From NCBI GenBank assembly GCA_041906885.1, contig JAYRII010000014.1, positions 74,059-138,058 of the forward strand: a DNA stretch of 64,000 nucleotides, written 5' to 3'. This stretch comes from Candidatus Saccharimonadia bacterium (lineage in GTDB: Bacteria; Patescibacteriota; Saccharimonadia; CAILAD01; CAZGYV01). The notes under the pieces were generated by a model. The model made no database searches. It was not told where the DNA came from and was given only the letters and a program-made list of their open reading frames with translations. Each line of letters begins with the position of its first letter. Position 1 is the stretch's first letter. Positions 60,341 to 64,000 of the stretch are shown in pieces. The translations under genes and the position numbers were made by a program.

Positions 60341-61378
60341 ATGAATTACATTATTTCATTAATATTAATTCTACTCTCAGCATTATTTTCAGGAATGAAC
60401 TTGGGCTTGATGAGCTTAGACCCCTATGAACTCAAACGTAAAATTGCCTTGGGTGATAACCGTGCCAAAAAAATCTATTCTGTCCGTCGGCGAGGAAATT
60501 TATTGCTAGTTACGTTGCTATTGGGTAATGTAGCGGTGATTTCCGCTCTGTCAATTTTTTTAGAGTCAATTGTGTCAGGGGTTATTGCTGGTCTGACAAC
60601 AACATTATTGATAACTGTTTTTGGCGAGATCATTCCTCAGGCTTTGTTTTCACGCTATGCCATGGCACTTGGCGTGCGCTTGGTCTGGTTGGTACGATTT
60701 TTTATTTTTATATTATTTCCAGTCTGTGCACCTTTGGCTTGGGTACTTGATAGGCTGCTCGGTGATGAATTGCCAACAATCTACACCAAGCGAGAATTAG
60801 CTAAGATTATTGAAGAGCATAAGCATTCTAGCCAGAGCGAGTTAGATACTGATGAAGAGCGAATTATTCGTGGTGCTTTGACTTTTGCTGAAAAGTCAGC
60901 CATGGACGTTATGACGCCAAGATCTGTCATGGTGAGCTTGGACGTTGATGAAATAGTTGATACTACTACAATCCGTCGACTCGAATCAAGTGGTCATTCA
61001 CGCTTTCCGGTAATTGATCGTCAGACGGGTGAAGCTAAGGGTATTATTTATTTGCGTGAGCTGCTCGGTAAGAATAAGCAAAATCGACGCGCTATCGAAG
61101 TGTGTGATAAGAAAGTTTACTATATCAATAGTATCGATAATTTAGATGACGCTCTGGACGCTTTTATTAAGACAAAGCATCATTTGTTTATAGTTGTCAA
61201 CGAATTTGCTGAAATACAAGGTGTCTTGACCTTAGAAGATGTTTTAGAGAAAATCATCAAAAAAGATATTATTGATGAATTTGATCGTTATGATGACTTG
61301 CGGGCAGTTGCTAAAAAGCAAGCCAATAAGACTCGAATTGGCATGCATGCATCTAGCGTTAAAAGAAAATTATCATAA
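60341..61378 (+). CDS. CNNM/DUF21-CBS domain protein (CorB/HlyC-like)
   Basis: SALFSG, LLLGNV, FGEIIPQA, VMTPR, GHSRFPV, TLEDVLE. Confidence 0.92.
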   Translation: MNYIISLILILLSALFSGMNLGLMSLDPYELKRKIALGDNRAKKIYSVRRRGNLLLVTLLLGNVAVISALSIFLESIVSGVIAGLTTTLLITVFGEIIPQALFSRYAMALGVRLVWLVRFFIFILFPVCAPLAWVLDRLLGDELPTIYTKRELAKIIEEHKHSSQSELDTDEERIIRGALTFAEKSAMDVMTPRSVMVSLDVDEIVDTTTIRRLESSGHSRFPVIDRQTGEAKGIIYLRELLGKNKQNRRAIEVCDKKVYYINSIDNLDDALDAFIKTKHHLFIVVNEFAEIQGVLTLEDVLEKIIKKDIIDEFDRYDDLRAVAKKQANKTRIGMHASSVKRKLS

Positions 61379-61382
61379 ATCA

Positions 61383-62108
61383 ATGCTGATTGTTATTATT
61401 TTGACAATTTTATCGACCTTTACAGGTGGCTTGTTTGCCTTAAGATATCAGGACAAGATGCACCGTATCTTAGGTTTTTCAGCAGGTGTTATTTTGGGTG
61501 TGGTGGCCTTTGATATCTTGCCAGAAGTTTTTGAATTATCACAACAACATGGTGTAGAAGTGATATTGCCAATGATTGCGCTAGTGGCTGGCTTTTTGAC
61601 CTTTCACGCGGTCGAAAAAATTGTCATTATTCATGGAGCTCATGAAGATAAGTACGACAAGCATTATCACCCCAGACTAGGAGTGATTTCGGCGCTAGCC
61701 CTAGCTGGGCATAGCTTGGCCGATGGTTTGGCTATTGGTATGGCTTTTAGGCTTAATACAGTAGTTGGTTATGCTATCGCATTGGCAGTGATTGCACATG
61801 ATTTTGCCGATGGTCTCAATACAGTCAGCTTGATGCTAGCTCATAAAAATGACAAAAAAACCACCCTTAGGTATTTATTAATTAATGCAATTACTCCAGC
61901 TGTTGGCATTGTGATAGCACTAATCTTGCCAATACCGCTGGTCGGTCTAATTTTATTCTTGGGATTCTTTGCTGGCTTTTTGCTCTATATCTGTGCTAGC
62001 GACATTCTTCCTGAGGCACACAGCAGGCATCCTTCTGTTTTGACGTTATTGCTAACGATCTTTGGTTCGGTGTTCATTTTTATAGTGACGCGGACCCTTT
62101 CTTTTTAG
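61383..62108 (+). CDS. ZIP-family metal transporter
   Basis: HSLADGLAIG, AHDFADG, DILPEAH. Start refined to 61383. Confidence 0.9.
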   Translation: MLIVIILTILSTFTGGLFALRYQDKMHRILGFSAGVILGVVAFDILPEVFELSQQHGVEVILPMIALVAGFLTFHAVEKIVIIHGAHEDKYDKHYHPRLGVISALALAGHSLADGLAIGMAFRLNTVVGYAIALAVIAHDFADGLNTVSLMLAHKNDKKTTLRYLLINAITPAVGIVIALILPIPLVGLILFLGFFAGFLLYICASDILPEAHSRHPSVLTLLLTIFGSVFIFIVTRTLSF

Positions 62109-62207
62109 TGTTATGTGAAAAAATAGCCTTGTAAAATATAAGTACTCATATTACTATTCAATTAAGCATAAGCACTAATTTTAATTTTTATTGAAAGGAA
62201 TATTAAT

Positions 62208-62567
62208 ATGCCTACAAACTCTAAAAGTAAAGGTTCATCTTCTAAGAATAAAGGCTCATCAGCGAGTCAAAACGATGTCATCTTTGGCATCTTAGCTTAC
62301 ATTGGGATTCTCTTTATCGTACCGTTAATTGCCGCTAAGGATTCTAAATTCGCTATGTACCATGCTAATCAGGGGCTGGTGTTGTTTTTAGCTGAGCTAG
62401 TGGCTGGGTTTGCCGCTGGCATATTGAGTATTGCCCTGATCGGCTTCCTCTTAATGCCAATTGTCTGGGTGGTAGGAGTGGTGCTGATGATAATCGGCAT
62501 CATGAATGCTGCTAATAAGCAAATGAAGCCGCTACCTATTATCGGTGGCATTACTTTGATTAAATAA
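62208..62567 (+). CDS. DUF4870-like membrane protein
   Basis: LAYIGILF, YHANQGL, IIGIMNA..Q.KPLPIIG. Confidence 0.85.
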   Translation: MPTNSKSKGSSSKNKGSSASQNDVIFGILAYIGILFIVPLIAAKDSKFAMYHANQGLVLFLAELVAGFAAGILSIALIGFLLMPIVWVVGVVLMIIGIMNAANKQMKPLPIIGGITLIK

Positions 62568-62602
62568 CACAAGCTTTGTAGCATTAACCGGCTGATGATA
62601 AG

Positions 62603-63190
62603 TTGTTAAAAAAATCTGAAATTATAAAAATATTTTCGATTAGCTGGCTTCAGGTGATTGTATTTTTCATTATTAGTCTAGTAGTTTTTGTGTTTTTTAG
62701 TTACAACACCATTATTGATCAGATTTTTAATCAGTCGGTATTGAGTAATCAGACCGCCAAAAACGCTGTTATAGAGCAAATCAAGAGCTTGGGAGATAAT
62801 AAGTTTGTCAATATTCTGACAATTGTGTTGTTTTGGAGTGCGATTGGCCTTGTGGTCTATACTATTATTTGGATTGCAATGATTATACTGACTGAAGCCA
62901 GGAATGAAGTGGTTGTTGAAACTGATTATGTCAATCGCGGAAAATTAAAAGATCGGATTCAAGGCCCAGTCCTGCAAATCGTTATTTTTATAGGCCTACT
63001 TTTATTTATGGCCCTAAGTATAGCTGTGCTATACCCGCAATTTTGGATCAGTAGCTTCAACCAGTTTATATTAACCTTGCCTAGTGGAGTTTTGCCTGGC
63101 TTAGGCCCGCTTGCGGTCGCATTGATCGGATCGATGATAAATCTTTATCTGGCTCGCGTCTTAGTTTCAACAATTTTTGCATTAGAATAA
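62603..63190 (+). CDS. Hypothetical membrane protein
   Basis: 195-aa ORF with four TM helices. Confidence 0.7.
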   Translation: MLKKSEIIKIFSISWLQVIVFFIISLVVFVFFSYNTIIDQIFNQSVLSNQTAKNAVIEQIKSLGDNKFVNILTIVLFWSAIGLVVYTIIWIAMIILTEARNEVVVETDYVNRGKLKDRIQGPVLQIVIFIGLLLFMALSIAVLYPQFWISSFNQFILTLPSGVLPGLGPLAVALIGSMINLYLARVLVSTIFALE

Positions 63191-63262
63191 AAATAAGCCT
63201 TTCGGGTTGTCTCGCAAACAAAGACTAATTTTTATTGCTGCACGCTCAATCCACTCGAGGAG

Positions 63263-63898
63263 TTAGTACTTACGAATGAGGCCAATCACCACTCCTTGAA
63301 TCTTGAGGGGGGTGTCTGCTTCAACGTAAATTGGGTCCATTGATGAGTTAGCAGGTTGAAGACGGATGCGACGGGCTTCTTTGTAGTATCTTTTTAGAGT
63401 GGCCTCCGAATTGTTCACTAGTGCGACCACAACATCTCCATTGCTCGGTATGTCTTTTTCTTGAATTACAACAAAATCACCATCATTGATACCATCTTCG
63501 ATCATACTCTGACCCTTAACTTGCAAGACATATGAATGCTTACGTCCAATCATGAAAGGCGGAACCTCTAAGGTCTCATTGTTGTTGCTGACAGTTTCAA
63601 TTGGCTTACCGGCGGCAATCAATCCGAGCACTGGTAATTCAACACCCTGGCCATTAATAGCGGCCTCAATCTCTTCAATTGGCATCAGAGAGCGAGCGGA
63701 GTTGTTGCCTTTTTGAAGTAATCCTTTACCGACCAAAGAATCTATATGCTGTGCCACGGTGGCAACGGAGTTTAGCTTGAGACCGTTGGCGATTTCGCGA
63801 TAGCTGGGCGAATAGCCATGTTGCTCGATGAAGCTGGTGATGTAGTCTAGCGTACGACGCTGTTTTTTAGTTAGCGCGGGCCTGGTAGATTCGGACAT
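63263..63898 (-). CDS. lexA: SOS repressor LexA
   Basis: GYSPSYREI, IAAGKP cleavage site, VKGQSM, ATLKR, LQPAN. Confidence 0.97.
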   Translation of the reverse strand: MSESTRPALTKKQRRTLDYITSFIEQHGYSPSYREIANGLKLNSVATVAQHIDSLVGKGLLQKGNNSARSLMPIEEIEAAINGQGVELPVLGLIAAGKPIETVSNNNETLEVPPFMIGRKHSYVLQVKGQSMIEDGINDGDFVVIQEKDIPSNGDVVVALVNNSEATLKRYYKEARRIRLQPANSSMDPIYVEADTPLKIQGVVIGLIRKY

Positions 63899-63924
63899 TT
63901 CTTTCCCTCCAAAAATTAATTAAT

Positions 63925-63957
63925 ACTATAATAACGAACAGTGACCGAACTTGTCAA
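63925..63957 (-). promoter_or_regulatory. lexA promoter with putative LexA operator GTTC-N7-GTTC
   Basis: Minus strand reads TTGACA-AGTTCGGTCACTGTTCG-TTATTATAGT; the direct repeat fills the -35/-10 spacer. Confidence 0.72.
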
Positions 63958-64000
63958 CATCTTTTTAATATAAAACCCGGAACAAATATAGTCCCGGGTA

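Overview
Origin-proximal chromosomal window of a small-genome bacterium using genetic code 11. The gene content, leaderless-style promoters and protein families point to Patescibacteria/CPR (Saccharibacteria-like; inference). Layout: (1) 1-5.8 kb, oriC region with dnaN'-dnaA / rpmH-rnpA-yidD-yidC-jag-mnmE and DnaA boxes. (2) 5.9-28 kb, cell-envelope and surface-polysaccharide locus (VanW, GtrA, rfbB/rfbA, several GT2/GT4 enzymes, epimerases, Wzm/Wzt), AT-rich in its core and containing gene relics. (3) tRNA-Asn(GTT) at 28365-28439, followed by an accessory island (~28.4-46.7 kb) of stand-alone genes, a complete Type I R-M system and relics of an older one. (4) 46.8-64 kb, transport, repair and surface genes, including a class F sortase with two sorting-signal proteins, an Rpf-like transglycosylase and lexA. 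The most unusual signals are a family of ~165-bp structured repeats after the tRNA, each ending in a copy of the tRNA 3' end (split at the T-loop) and separating gene cassettes, and a promoter-driven ~55-nt hairpin RNA convergent with an NYN ribonuclease gene. All protein calls come from motif recognition by eye; no database searches were run.
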